A DNA stretch of 63,535 nt, filler included, from Sphaeroforma arctica JP610 (GCF_001186125.1; 3 parts of 3 records of this genome joined end to end with filler, not necessarily neighbours in it), one strand, 5' to 3'; positions 26,101 through 41,241 are shown, counted from the first letter of the whole stretch. Program-made: numbers and translations. The notes: generated by a model not told the origin, from the sequence alone.

Positions 26101-29100
26101 TTTCAGATCGTAATCATAGTATGTGTCTGCGTTAAATATAGGAAGTACATATCCATGTGACATGTAAACGCCGCAGCATTCGGCAGCTTCGTTCGATACC
26201 ACACGCACAGAAACGAGCGCACACATGACGAAACGCGTACCAATCCGATGATAACAACACACAATAGTCGTTGTGCAATAGACAACAATGTTCCGCATTG
26301 GGCAAGCAGACTACGAAAGCAGTCTACATTTACAAACCAATACCAATACCCATATCAATACCAAAGCCAAAGCCAAAGCCAAAACCAAAACCAATGTATG
26401 CTTACGAATAGTGGGATTTCTAAAGTAATACATGTTTGCCCACAAAGATACATGGAACACACACTGCACAGATCACACTCTCATTAGAACAAGTTGGTCC
26501 CATCTCGAGCCAACGAAATCCACGTCATACCCTGCTCTGACCGTCGATCACACTACGCTATAAATGCTACAAAGACAATATAGCAGCCCAACCCCACATT
26601 TACAAACCAATACCAATACCCATATCAATACCAAAGCCAAAGCCAAAGCCAAAACCAATACCAATACCAATGTATGCTTACGAATAGTGGGATTTCTAAA
26701 GTAATACATGTTTGCTCACAAAGATACATGGAACACACACTGCACAGACCACACTCTCATAAGAACAAGTTGGTCCCATCTCGAGCCAACGAAATCCACG
26801 TCATACCCTGCTCTGACCGTCGATCACACTACGCTATAAATGCTACAAAGACAATATAGCAGCCCAACCCCACCTCAGCACATCACCCCGTCAAGAGATC
26901 CAGAGATCAAGAGATCAAGACATCACAACACTCAAAACGTACTGTCGTCTTGTGCTGCGTCGCACTCTGCATGCAGCTCAGCCCATGCGATCCGTCTCCG
27001 CTGGTAGTCGATAAAGGCCAGCCACAACTGCACATACTCCTCTGGCGTGGGGAACCCAGACAACAAGGCCGCTTGGAAGACCCCCTCAATCTCGTGAAAT
27101 GCCAGGTTTTTCCTTTCTAGAGCACGCATCCGCCGTTGCCATAGAAACGAGCTCCAGGCGCAGTTGCGTGTCGAACGCTCACATAGATCCAACAGCACGG
27201 TAGAGGTAGGTAGCTTTCTCTCCACGTAGGCCGTATAGGCCAACCATAGTTCTATATTTAGCGGATTTGCGGCTATCGCGCGTTCATTGACACATATAAC
27301 CCTAGCAGGGTCGTCGCCGTAGGCAATTTCGTGCTGGATCTGTCACATGAAGGGTTGTGTGTGCCTGAGGTCAAAACATGCGACGCACATGACCGCAGCC
27401 CACTATACTCAAACGCCCCTCGTAACCTAGACAACCTGCATACTCAGAAAAAAACCAACCTATCAGACGCCCCCCCCCCACCCTCTCTTCCACGCCAAGG
27501 ACTATCACAGACACCCACACATACCATTCGCTGGTAGACTGCCACACTGCTCTCCCCCGTACTCGCCCCCACTGGCTCGGCTGCCTTGTCCTGAGTGGCC
27601 TCCTTGGGCTTAGCCTCGTGCTGTAAGGCTGCCTCCAAGCAGCCCTCGAGTGCGTCTAAAGGTTCCCTCAGCGTCAGTGCGCGTGTGTAGGCCTCGGCAG
27701 TGGTGTTTACATCGGCGGTCCTGTCGTTGTCGTCGCACCACTCTTGCTGCATGTCGCGCAAGGCTTCCATACCCTGCAATACACGGCCAATGGGTGATTG
27801 AAAGACAGTTAGCATGCAGTGATAAAGTGTGCTATTTAAGTGATACAAAGGGTGCCGTAGCGGAAGAACGCACTTCGATGAAGCCGACTCATGTCTACTG
27901 CCAAACAAAGTGTCAACAATATCTATGAAAACTCAGCATCCGCTCTTAGTTCTGGAAGAGATAGTCGCGCATGCCTGTCATGGCACATGGATACTTTCAC
28001 GCTGCACAAAGTACATACGAAACACATAAACACGCTGAAAAACTACATTACCATACAGGTGAAAGTAGTGCCTTCGCTCGGAAAATTAACCGCATGCGAA
28101 ACGCGCATATGCCGAGTAGTGCATATACTAGTATAGACATGACAGTCTACCTGCATCGGATATGCGTATATGATCTAGGAGAAGTGTTGCATGCACATGA
28201 CTACCACATATATATGCTAGCACGGCAGTCTAATTGTACCATGCGTATGTGATCTTGGAGAAGTGTTGCATGCTCATGATTACCACACAAATATCAAATC
28301 GAACCCAAGAATACCCGTTGCACTGAACGCGAGTGCCACAAGCCATACACTCACACCAAGACCGTATAGTACATTCGTCAACGTGTGAACTCTCACACAC
28401 CCACGTACCTGCAGAGGAATCGCCAGAGCACGCTTGTACACATCAGCAACCCGATTCTGCTGCTCAACCACTACACGCTGGCCTCCGCTGGGTGCGTTAG
28501 ATATACCCTCCCCCTCATTCATGCCGCCTTCTAACTCTTCCACCATATCACATACAGCCGTCTCGAACTCAACGTAGGATGTCCACAGGTGTATACCTTG
28601 ACTCACATGGAGCCCACCATGCGCCAGTGCCAGCTCATACGCCTCTCTGGCCGCCGCCACTGCCCCAATATTAGCAGCGTTGTGAGCGTCCTGTGCATGC
28701 AACGAAGGGACGCCATGTGAGCACACCGAATGGCATCGCGCCAACAAGCGTGCTTGAGGTCCCGCCTGACACGTGTGAGGTCGGGGAGGTTTGGGTACCA
28801 GAATTGGTATTCACACCAATGCAGCCCCATCGGCCAGATAAACCTCAAACGATATTCCTCCAGCAAATAGGACTAGCGGTGCTGTAAAGAAATATTACCT
28901 AAAAAGAAAGAGGAATAGCACCGTTTTCAAGAAAGAATTACTTTCCTGCACAACCTACCGAATAAATGCGAACATACGTTTGCGATACGGACAATGTATA
29001 GTATTAAACGTCCATACGACAGCGTGTGGATTCGAGTCTAAAGTAAAGAAGCCTTGAGCATAAGAAACGCTGAGAGCAGTCTCGGGATTGCTTACTCACC

Positions 29101-30131
29101 TCTTCATTTCCTGTTGACGTGCAGGTCATGTTCACCTTGGAAGCCATGTACTTGCAATACTTCAGCAGCAGCTTGACGCTGAGATAGTCCTTGAACGCAC
29201 ATCGGTACAACCCAGCGATCTTGTCCGTCCGCTGTTCACCAGGTTGCTATGTTACGCGAGAAGGGCGTACATACTTAGTAAAATACATACTTAGTTATTC
29301 GTTTTACTAGGCAGTCGCCGACCGTTTCAGATGACTTATGCAACCTAAGAGATTGCCTCAAGACCTGTGTGTCCATACTGTTCGATTACTGATACGGACT
29401 AGCGCGTACTTGTGGAGAAGTTCAAATATGAATATGGAAGAAAGTGAGCACCTCCATTTTTACTTATAGCACATTAAATATCGCTTGGAGCGAAACGTAA
29501 CAGGTGCCTAGTCCCTGACTTTGTACAATTCGGAGTGTGTAATGCTGCTGCCCAAATCACTACGCTTGTGTGCCCTTTCTACCATAATTTCAAAAATGAT
29601 ATACAACGGTAAGCGAATATGTGATAGAAGGATTAAAAAAAGCAAACAAACTGAACTATGTATCAGGCGGGCGTGTAGGTAGGTACTAGTGCCTCTATGG
29701 CACACAGAGCTGGGTTGCAGTCACGGAACAAACAAAGCACACTTCCAAAAAGCTATAAGGAGCTGCCAGTGTTGTGATCGCAAAAAGTAAAACAGATTGT
29801 GGCCTACTACACGGGCAAAATAACTATACATACATACATAAACATACACACACACACACACACACAAACGCACACACATGCGCACACACTGCATATATAT
29901 ATATATACATATACACACACACACACATATATATATATATACATATGTATATATATGTATACATAAATACATACATACATGCATACATACGTGCGTAGTA
30001 CGTACGTACATACGTACATATATACATACATACATCCATACATATATACATACATACATATATAAATACATACATACATACGTAGATACACACATACATA
30101 AATACATACATACATACATATACACACACAC

Positions 30132-30174
<43 letters not shown>

Positions 30175-30483
30175 ACACCTTCACACACACACAACACACA
30201 CACNNNNNNNNNNNNNNNNNNNNNNNNNNNNNNNNNNNNNNNNNNNNNNNNNNNNNNNNNNNNNNNNNNNNNNNNNNNNNNNNNNNNNNNNNNNNNNNNN
30301 NNNNNNNNNNNNNNNNNNNNNNNNNNNNNNNNNNNNNNNNNNNNNNCACACACACACACATATATATAAATGTAACATTCCTTCACACACACACACACAT
30401 TTATATATATATAATATATGTAACACACCTTCACACACACACACACACACAACAAACACACACACACACACTCATATATATAT

Positions 30484-30531
<48 letters not shown>

Positions 30532-30856
30532 GTATAATATATATAAATATGTATATAAAATGAACACACATATTACACGATCACGGACACGAACTAACCG
30601 ATTTACTGGCTCGTTGCGCTACTTCAGTGTCGCTAATCCACTCCTCCCAAAGCGTCCCTGAGAGAGGATAGACACTACGAAGGTGCTGACGGGCATGTTC
30701 TAGCGCGTCTTGCCCCCCTACACCTCCACCCCTATCTTCATGCTCCTTTAGCGCATGTATATATGATATGTGTGCACTGTAGTCGTACGGATTGGCTTTG
30801 AGCTGTATGCCGAGCGCTCGAATGACCTTCACAGCCGCCGCCGCCAACTGAGCCAT
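17568..30856 (-). CDS. SART3: SART3/Prp24 U4/U6 snRNP recycling factor (HAT repeats, RRMs, C-terminal LSm-interacting motif)
   Basis: Start exon 30856-30599 (ANPYDYSAHISYI). HAT exons 29246-29100, 28690-28409, 27773-27525, 27339-26943 (ERSTRNCAWSSFLW), ~25950-25708 (GDPYAQIPLGWARVE), ~25060-24853. RRM exons ~23849-23737 (TVFLSNLSY), ~23057-22721 (SKGYAYLDF), 20688-20603 (FKGFAFVEF), ~19644-19560. LVPR exon ~18786-18612. Terminal CNADFKSML stop at 17568. Confidence 0.93.
20713..21884. repeat. Intronic minisatellite array of 8-bp (GGATAGTT) and 16-bp (GGATACTTATATAGTT) units, ~1.17 kb
   Basis: Tandem array is directly visible with variants (GTATAGTT, GGATAATT, AGTTACTTATATAGTT). A short related copy lies at ~22504-22540. 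Confidence 0.95.
26326..26873. repeat. Near-identical ~270-bp tandem duplication in a SART3 intron
   Basis: Copies at 26326-26595 and 26596-26873 differ by a few substitutions and by the number of accaat/gccaaa hexamers. Confidence 0.95.
29822..30570. repeat. (AC)n/(AT)n/(ATAC)n microsatellite with N-gap in SART3 intron 1
   Basis: Directly visible. Confidence 0.95.
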
Positions 30857-32135
30857 TATGTGTACACTTTTATATATATCTGTATATATATATATATCTC
30901 TATATATATATATGTATGTCTTACAGAACCAAAGTCGTAATTGAACACATTTGGATCCTAGGCACCTTACACGCAATCACAGGAGAGATATAAATATAGG
31001 ATATTCAATAGTCTTAACGTTAAATATAGATAAATAATAGATATTTAAATACTCGCGTGTCATAGCCTCCTAGTGTTTTGTATGTACAAGCATAGCCTTC
31101 TTAGAAAAGGCTACGTCGAGGGATATCGGGGGGTATTTACTGTTTGTGGGGCTCTGAGAAATTTAATTTCCGTCAGGATTTCCCACAATTATCAAGCCTT
31201 CATAAATCACTCTACTATCAAATCAGCTATGTACCAAACCTTTTTTTTGTTTCAAATAGGGATTTTGAAAACGTTATCGAAAACGTTAGATACGTTTATC
31301 AGTATAGAACAGTTTATGGTCTACTGGCTCCGCGGCAATTGCGGGATAATATCATAATTTGATTGAACATGGAAAAGATAAATATGGATTATGATACGCT
31401 GTTGTTATACAAAATGTAGTATTACTGGTCTATTCTAAATATAAAGGTATAGTTTTCCGCCTCCAAATTAAGAATCAAGTAAAATTGGCGCGTTTATTGA
31501 GTGTTGTCACATACATAAGATCTAAAACTTGCCGCCAGGCAGCCAGTGGCGCTCGGCAGCAGGTGTCCCCACACATAAAAATGGTCAAAACAACTATTAT
31601 AAATGCTACATACGCTGCAGAAGTCTTCTGGTATAAGCTTTCATCGGGCGCAACGAAAGCAGCGCAGCAGCGCGAAAAGAGAGCAAGAGCGCGACTGACT
31701 GCTCTATTTACAGATGGTTAACAGACGGATACAGGGGTCTCCCATAGCTGCTACTATCTTCCCCGATACTGGCACACAACTGACAATAGTTGTAGATAAT
31801 AGACCAGATATTCACCACGTGAGACGGGAATTGAGAGAATAAAGAGAATATCCATTTCTGAATCTACTGAGTCAATAAAATAGTTGAATTGATGCAGTAT
31901 GCAATATATTTGGTTACAAGTGTATAGCGTATTGATTTTCATTAANNNNNNNNNNNNNNNNNNNNNNNNNNNNNNNNNNNNNNNNNNNNTTAATTAATTA
32001 ANNNNNNNNNNNNNNNNNNNNNNNNNNNNNNNNNNNNNNNNNNNNTATATATTGTATATCGTATATTTCATATATGTATATTTCCTAGCTTGATAACCAA
32101 CCGGCATTGTCTATGTATACTACTACCTACAGATC

Positions 32136-33829
<1,694 letters not shown>

Positions 33830-35512
33830 TCGCTCTGTGGATATTTTATTGAAGTAAGTGACGTGCCTTCTAGGCCTCACACTATAATTTCTCTGCATCT
33901 GAATCGGCGAGGAAAGGCAACAGCTGACGATGTCATAAGCTGCATATGCACGATAATATTAGGCCGTATGTGCAACTTATGTGAGTTATTCGATCCGGCT
34001 GCCATTCCCTGTTGTTCAGGGCCGCGAGTACGGGTGAGAACCCTCATGCTGGTCAACCATGTTCGTTTGCTACCTGAATTTGTATATTAGTGAAACATAG
34101 ATAGGAGTACCTTAAAATATACGGTCGGGTGGACCAGCATATCATACCAAGTGGTTTAAGTTTCCGTTTATGAGGGTTTCCAATCTATCAACCTCCCGGT
34201 TGGGGGACGAGATTGAGGGAGATGGAAACATCCCGTGATATCAAATTTTTATCATTCAAACCTTTTAACTGCAATATTCTCGAGGGTCGATTAGCGTACA
34301 TTGACTGTGTCTCGGATAATACATCTGGTTAGCTGGTTTCATTCACAGGATGTCAGAGATGCTGATAGAAAACCTATCAACCATCTCACTTGAATGGTGG
34401 TTTTTGAGTGCGCAACGTGCAATTTCGTAGTATTCGATACATTCCTCATGCTGCTCTTCGCTCCGCACAAGTATGTATTACACTTGCGATATGTTTCATT
34501 TAGGTTTTGGCAGATTTGGCGGTGTATTCGTCTTGAAAGTCAATTGATTAACATTTAGGCTCACGTGCTACTACGTTGTCGACGACTTGGCCACTTCGTT
34601 TCATGCAAGACCATCTGTGTACCCGGTTATAGATGTTATGGAGCATTGTGAAGTTTACCAGCAAGTGTCAAAAGGGAGTTCATGATATGCAACCTGACAT
34701 TCTGTGTTCATAGAGCCACCCATAAAAGGCTTATGTGTATATTCTCAACCAGAGGGTGCTACGCTAACCGCAAATAGCGAGGGCGTTATGACGTACATTA
34801 ATATTCGCGCTGTATCGATACAATTTTCTCTCCTCGTCGATATTCGTGGAGAAAGCGGTCACTTAATGCCAGTGATATCTACGATACATCAGCAAACCAC
34901 CAGCATAGATCTTTCAAGTTGCAATTAAACACCGCATATAGGGATAAAAGTTTAAAGCCGACGGCTTGAACGTGACTTTTAAGCACACCATGATTTATCC
35001 CTTTACACAGACACACGATCTGGGAGTATACTCCCACATACGATCTCGGAATACAAGTCTAAGGTCGCGTCAACTGTTAGTTGTGCGGGTTCCTTGATTC
35101 GTCTCTGTTCGCCCGTTGATTAGAACCCGCACGTCCTTTACTGGACACATAAGGAGTTAGTGGTGTATTTCTTTGTACTCCCGAATCGCAATTGTCCAAT
35201 TAATTTGTTATGTCTCGAGAGAAAACTGGATTATGATTATCCCCATGTGAGCAACACGGTGGGCTCGAGGCGAATCAGTTGGTGGCTTGGTTCTACAACT
35301 AATAGCCTTTCAACAGGGGACGATTTGCCGATACATAGATCTCAATAAAGTACCTGAACACAAGTCACCATAGCAAGTGTATCAAGTTGGAAAACTAATT
35401 ATGGATGTCATGTACTCATTCCGATATTGTGTATCAGCTATATACTAACTAATTTTTATTTCGTTCTAGTTCGCTAAATAGTGGTACAGGTTTGAACCAG
35501 GCGTCTATTGTA

Positions 35513-36160
35513 CTACTTTTTGTTTGACCACACCCAAGACTTAGACCCCGGACAGCTTCTGAATGCATTGACAAACGCCTCTGGTGACTCTGCACCCTTC
35601 AGCGCGAATGATCCATTCATCACATAACTTGGAACACTAGAGATACCCAATTTCTTATACTTGTCCAACTCTTTCTGCGTGCTTTTAGCGGCCTCCTTGC
35701 TGAGTATATACTCTCGACTCTGCTCGCCATCTAGACCGCATTCCTTGGCTATACGCACAAGCACATCCACATCGCCCAGGAACGCTCCGCTTGTGAAGTG
35801 TGATTTGAACAGCTTCTCCTGCATTGTAGTCTGTGCTTCACTGCCAAGTTCCTCGAGTGCATAGTGCTTTAGACTGTGTGCCATCGTTGTGTTCGGTGTT
35901 TTGCTTGCTTTTCCCGTGAACTTGATCCCCACTTTTTTGCCCATATTAGCGAGTGTTTTATCTTTATTACCACCGCTCTTCTTGCCCACAGCAATGCCTT
36001 CCGTGGGTACGTCTGGCTTGAGCATGTACGGCAACCAGCGAACATGTACATCGACCTCGTCGCCACATGCTTTTATGGCTTCCTCCAAGTGTTTCTTTCC
36101 TACATAACAAAATGGACAGATGTGATCACTAACCACTTCCACATAGACGACTTTGGCCAT
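35513..36160 (-). CDS. DsbA/FrnE-family thioredoxin-fold oxidoreductase (215 aa, intronless)
   Basis: VEVVSDHICPFCYVGKKHL (CxxC), VRWLPYMLKP, PNTTMAHSL, GISSVPSYV (cis-Pro loop), GAESPEAF. Confidence 0.92.
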   Translation of the reverse strand: MAKVVYVEVVSDHICPFCYVGKKHLEEAIKACGDEVDVHVRWLPYMLKPDVPTEGIAVGKKSGGNKDKTLANMGKKVGIKFTGKASKTPNTTMAHSLKHYALEELGSEAQTTMQEKLFKSHFTSGAFLGDVDVLVRIAKECGLDGEQSREYILSKEAAKSTQKELDKYKKLGISSVPSYVMNGSFALKGAESPEAFVNAFRSCPGSKSWVWSNKK

Positions 36161-36517
36161 GGTTATTGCTGTCTGTATACTCTATTAGGATTAGATGAGG
36201 TTCGCCAAGGGTTCCTGATCTGTATGTGAAGTGTGAAGAGTGATTGCTGGTCAGTGGTGATTAGAGAGAAATTGTGGCCTCGTTACGTTTATATATTTAC
36301 ATTATTTTATAATAATGTTTAGATATCAAAACGCTATACGGTTAAACGTATACGCTGAACTACCATAACGTAATGAGGGTTGCGACGAGTGTAGGAAAGT
36401 ATAAATATATAGTACGTAATACGATTGCCACTTTAAAAGCAGCAAAAGAGTTGTGTGTGTACACTAGGGTTACACGGAAAGAAGCTAAGTGCTTGTAGTG
36501 TATTGGGGCATGACGCA

Positions 36518-36860
36518 GTGCGTATGTGTGTATGTTCTCTGCTGAGGTGGGGCACACGAGTTACACTAAAGTGTAAATATATAGTTATTACTACAGGGTT
36601 GATACTTGGGCAGCTGAGAGTTAAGTCTGTGAGTAGTGCGTGTGTGCGTGTGTTCTCTGCTAAGGTGGGGCACACGGGTTACACGAAAGTGTATAGCTAG
36701 TTATACTACTGGGTTGGTAATTGGGCAGTTTAGAGTCAAGAGCTGTGAGTGCGTATGTGCATGTATTCTCTGCTAAGGTGGGACACATGGGCTACACGAA
36801 AGTGTATAGTTAGATATTGCTACTGGTTTGGTACTTGGGCAGTTGAGAGCTGCGAGTGCC
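36518..36860. repeat. Diverged tandem repeat, three copies of ~112-118 bp
   Basis: Unit gtgcgtatgtg..ttctctgctaaggtggggcacacgggttacacgaaagtgtatag..ttgggcagttgagag recurs at ~36518, ~36637 and ~36749. Confidence 0.85.
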
Positions 36861-37964
36861 AGCAGGACACACGAAAGTATGTCAATGACGTAGTGTACTG
36901 GTGCATGTCGCAATGCTTATGTCCTCTGCTTGGACTATATACCTGGGACACGTGGAGGTATTTGTAGTACTGTAGTATATCAGTGCAATTCGAGTTGTCC
37001 GTTCCGCCTGGTATAGCGAAATGCAACTGTCGATTGGTTGGTATACGACTCAGTATCTGTCCGTGTATACAATTTGCCGGATAACATCACTTCATTGACC
37101 TACTAAGGGTATGGTATGCCTGTGTTGGTGTGGGTTCTTCAGACAGTTTGTCGGATGATATTATGTAGGAGTAAGAGCTGTGTAAGATGTTCTACGTATG
37201 ACAAATCGAACTTAAGGTTTCAACGAGGGGTTAATAAACTTTTGCCACGATCAATTGTGCAAAGAATCGAGCTGTGTATATTCAGCCACGCAGAAGCGTT
37301 ATCAACATCAGTCATCCTTCTTTGTGTACATATATTCGATGCCGTTTCAGAGTGGGACTTGTACATTCTAGTTTTTGGTTGCTTCCAGCCCAGACAAGTA
37401 CGCGCTGCTTTGACGCCTGGTCGCTGGTTGTGTTTGAGTGACCAAACTGTGTGCTGAGGTTGTGTGTTCATCTCGGTGTGTTCATCTCGGTGTTTTGCTA
37501 CGGTTCAGGTATTAACAGTCCTTAGAGTGGTTACGCTTTAGTGAAAGGTATAGAGACAGATTACAGAAGTGTAGCGATATCCAGTGCGGCAGGAGACGTG
37601 AGACTGGACGCAGCTCTCTTCTTGTTTCTAACCTGTCGCAGATTCAGACTATTATCGAGTTCTTTTGCATGTAACTGTTCTATGTTCCTGCACCTTTGAA
37701 TGTAATATCTGTTGAAATACCAACCCTCTTCAATATTAGAGGAGAGATAAACTTGTTTTCTTAGCATCGTAGATTCACGTGCATTTTATTATAAGAAATA
37801 TGTACTGCGTACCGCATCCGTATGTATCTTTTGACGTGCCGAACTTTCCGTAATAAACTCAGCTTAAGCAGGACCTGCATCCCTGGCGACGCTATCGAGA
37901 CATAATTTAGTATTGCAGATTTACCTGTTGTGCCGGTTGGATACCAGAAAAACATCCTGTCAAT

Positions 37965-40612
37965 ATGGTAAGGAGGTTTTATCTTCTAGCAGTCACGGTC
38001 GTTGTATACAAGGAACGGACAACAACTGCGAAGTGCGAGTGTGGGTGTGCATGAAGATTGAAAGCCTGTCTGTGTCAGGCGGCTGACGTGAGTATAGTGT
38101 ATACAGGTATTAAAAGTTGAATTTCGACATAACTCTTCGGATCGTGCTGCTTCAGACTTAGGTTGAATTTGATCTCTGCGCGGAAGATCAATGCTCAGAT
38201 AGTCCTTCTCGCGGCATACGAAGTGCGTGCTGGATTTCCTCATTGTATCCACATAGTCGAAGCTTATGGCCGTGTGTGGGGTTAGCTTAGGGAGCGCAAG
38301 TTGTTATTGCGTTGGAGATGGTTTGAAGGGGAGTGGAACGGGAATACATTTAGATCATGTTACGTCGATGAAACGACTGGTGGTCAATCGCGGTATCTAT
38401 CTTTTTTGCGTACTTTTGGTCTGATAGGTGAGAAAGGGCATGTCCTTCGACGAGAAGTGTTCGAAAATGGTCAGCATAATTCAGAGCTCGGTAAGAACAG
38501 ATAAAGTAGGTAAATATTTTGCTATTGGTCTGCTTTGTTTCGTTGCGCATGTTCCGGATATGTGAACGGATACTATAGACCTGACGAGTTTTACTCGAAG
38601 ACTCCCAATGCTAGGAGTTCTAATCCCAAAACTCTAGGATAAATCATTCGAGGTCTATTTCTGACTTTCAGGCAAAATGCGGGTGTTCTAACAATCTGGC
38701 TGAAACATGAGGACTGTTTACGTAGTGCTCATAAGTTGCATTCGAAGCGGAACATTCACGTCACTGAAAAGTGCTCCAATGGCTGATATTTGGTGTTGGA
38801 TAAGTCATTTGAGTATCGTAGTTGCCAGTCGATTAATTCGATTCTCAAAGGCAACCGCTGGGATTCTAAGAGTGTTGCTGATACCATTACGCCTCTGTGT
38901 GCTACACAGGGCAAGTTCTATCAGCTGAGAGAGCTGGAAAAGCTGGGAGCGGCGCAGGGAATTGGTACCTGCTGTATATACATATTTCTGGTTAAGTTGA
39001 TATTGGTGTGAAGCACATAGCACACTGAGTAATTGAGGCCACATCCTGCCCATCGCTTGTTCGCTGCTATCAGTCCACATATTAGAAAACAAGTCTGAGC
39101 CCGATAAATGCAGATGACTACTCTGTATCTAGCAGATCATGCCTACTTTTGCACCATACATACACTTTTCACGCGAACGGCTAAGTTCTGAGAGCGCTCG
39201 GCAGAAGCGATGGTGCAACTCCATCTGTATGGGGAACTTGAGGAGTAGTACATGTCTTTAACCCTCCCACTGCTGTACACAGTGATGCAGAGTATCAAAG
39301 AAGTGGTCGCCACGATTTTATCAGAGAATAAGATTATATGCGAGAAGATCGGCACCTCAAATTATTACTGGAGTTTCTCTGAAACCATAGTTATCCAGGT
39401 GAATGGTTCTGGATTGTCACAATTCGCACTCTCAATTGCTGTGGGTACGGGCTTACTTTTCCGTCTAGAATGACACACTGCAGCAATATTTGGGGCGTGA
39501 GACTTGCTGTCTAAAGCAAGGGATAAGCTGCAGTTCAAAGCTTACGCTTGGTTCGTCTTGGCTGCCAATAGTAGATGCTGCATATAAAACGACGTGTAGG
39601 CACTATCTGCAAGATTCTGTATCGCGTATGCGTGTGTATTGACATGCGCAACAAAATTATCTGTTGCTTTTTACCTGGTTTGGTCAATGACAAGACAAGC
39701 GAACGCATCAGCAAATTGGAGAAACAACTGACGCTCACCGCTGAATCCGTGAAGAAGCTTGACGAAACCATCAGCGCACTTGAGCAGGAACGCACTGATA
39801 CGGTGAGTGAGAAGGATTTGATAGGCAGGTGAATATGCTGGAGCACGAGGCTCTGATGTTCAAGGTGCATGTGCTTGTACCTGTGCCCGTAACTTCTCCC
39901 AGATTGGACGCGGTATGTAATTCTTTGTTTCTTCTTATTCGATCACATCTCCACCTATGATGTTCGCAGGAAGAACGGCGGGGACTGCTACATGAGTTCG
40001 AAGAGCTGACCACAACAGTCACAGAGCTGGAGGAAAAATCGAAGAGTATGGCCGATAGAGATCCGAAGGTCATCGAGGCAAAAGGTACGAGTGGTTCATA
40101 GAATTTACGGAAGCCCATGCAAAATAGTCCTCGGTCACAGCCGAAGAAAATTAAACACGGTTTCAGGTATAAATTGCAATTCAAACGTCGTGTCATGTTT
40201 ATTTCAAATCGACTGCATACGTGAAGGTTGACCGATGACATAAAAACTTATAAGTTCGCATGCCGATAGTCACTGCTTGAATTTAACGCAACTGTGGAGT
40301 GCAATATAATGCACTGTGGAGTCTCCAAAATTAGGCGATAAAGACCAGTGTAATACACACTCAATTGCCACTCTAACCCTCTGAAGCAAGCCACCAAACA
40401 ATTTGAAAGTGGACTAGAGGCTTGTAATCTCACAAGCTACATGTCATCCTTTGTGTGACTCGCTATTCCCTGCAGAGGAGTATTTGAGACAAGCGATAGA
40501 TGGCGCTAACCGCTGGACAGACAATCTGCATTGCACCCTGCATTTCATCAAACGAAAGACCGGACGAGAGATAACAGTCGCTGGAGGTCTATTAGAATAC
40601 ATCAAAGAATGA
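37965..40612 (+). CDS. MND1: Meiotic nuclear division protein 1 (~198 aa)
   Basis: Exons 37965-37967 (ATG only, tentative), 38428-38490 (RKGMSFDEKCSKM), 38910-38964 (FYQLRELEKLG), 39283-39398 (SIKEVV..EKIGTSNYYWSF), 39695-39802, 39970-40084 (DRDP), 40476-40612 (ANRWTDNL). Phases are consistent, 597 nt in total. Confidence 0.92.
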
Positions 40613-41241
40613 AAGAGACTAGGTGACGGAAGTTCCAACGTGAGCTTGCACCAGTTGGGGGTTAAATGTGCACTTACTTATTCCAGTGAGAATAGGTAGG
40701 GCCTTAAGGCATTCTGAGGTTTAATCGTCAATCAATGCCAATATGATGACACTTTGGCAAAGGCCAAAAGACTCCTGGCTCAAGATAAAACTTTCGACAA
40801 CTGCACGTGTATTTGAGGTCCAGGTTCTTGGATCTACGACATATACAAAACTATGGAATGCAAAGTTCAGAACAGAAACCGATGGTTATTGGCAATACAA
40901 TAAAGCAGGAGGAGGTACAATGTATGTTGAAATAACAAGTACTTTCGACTACCGATACATACCCAAAATTACCAATTGGACTCGCAGATTTGTGAAGAAA
41001 GGCAAACCTCCTGAACAACCCATGCACTTGGCAATAATGGAAAGGAATTTTGACTCGGCTCGTGTTCACACCTTGCCATAATTGACCGACATTGTATTCG
41101 AGAAACTCTCACTATTTCGTTTACATCACATACCATCGGCACATTCAGGCACTAAAGATAAGTCTTTCATATCAAAGAAGAACAACTAATTGATCTTTAT
41201 TGTCAATTCACTAAATTAACGTATCGTTTATACTATAATTT

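Noticed and set aside
31990..32002. TTAATTAATTAA palindrome between N runs (also 62119-62130)
   Set aside because: The same all-frame-stop 12-mer embedded in N padding twice indicates a scaffolding linker, not biology.
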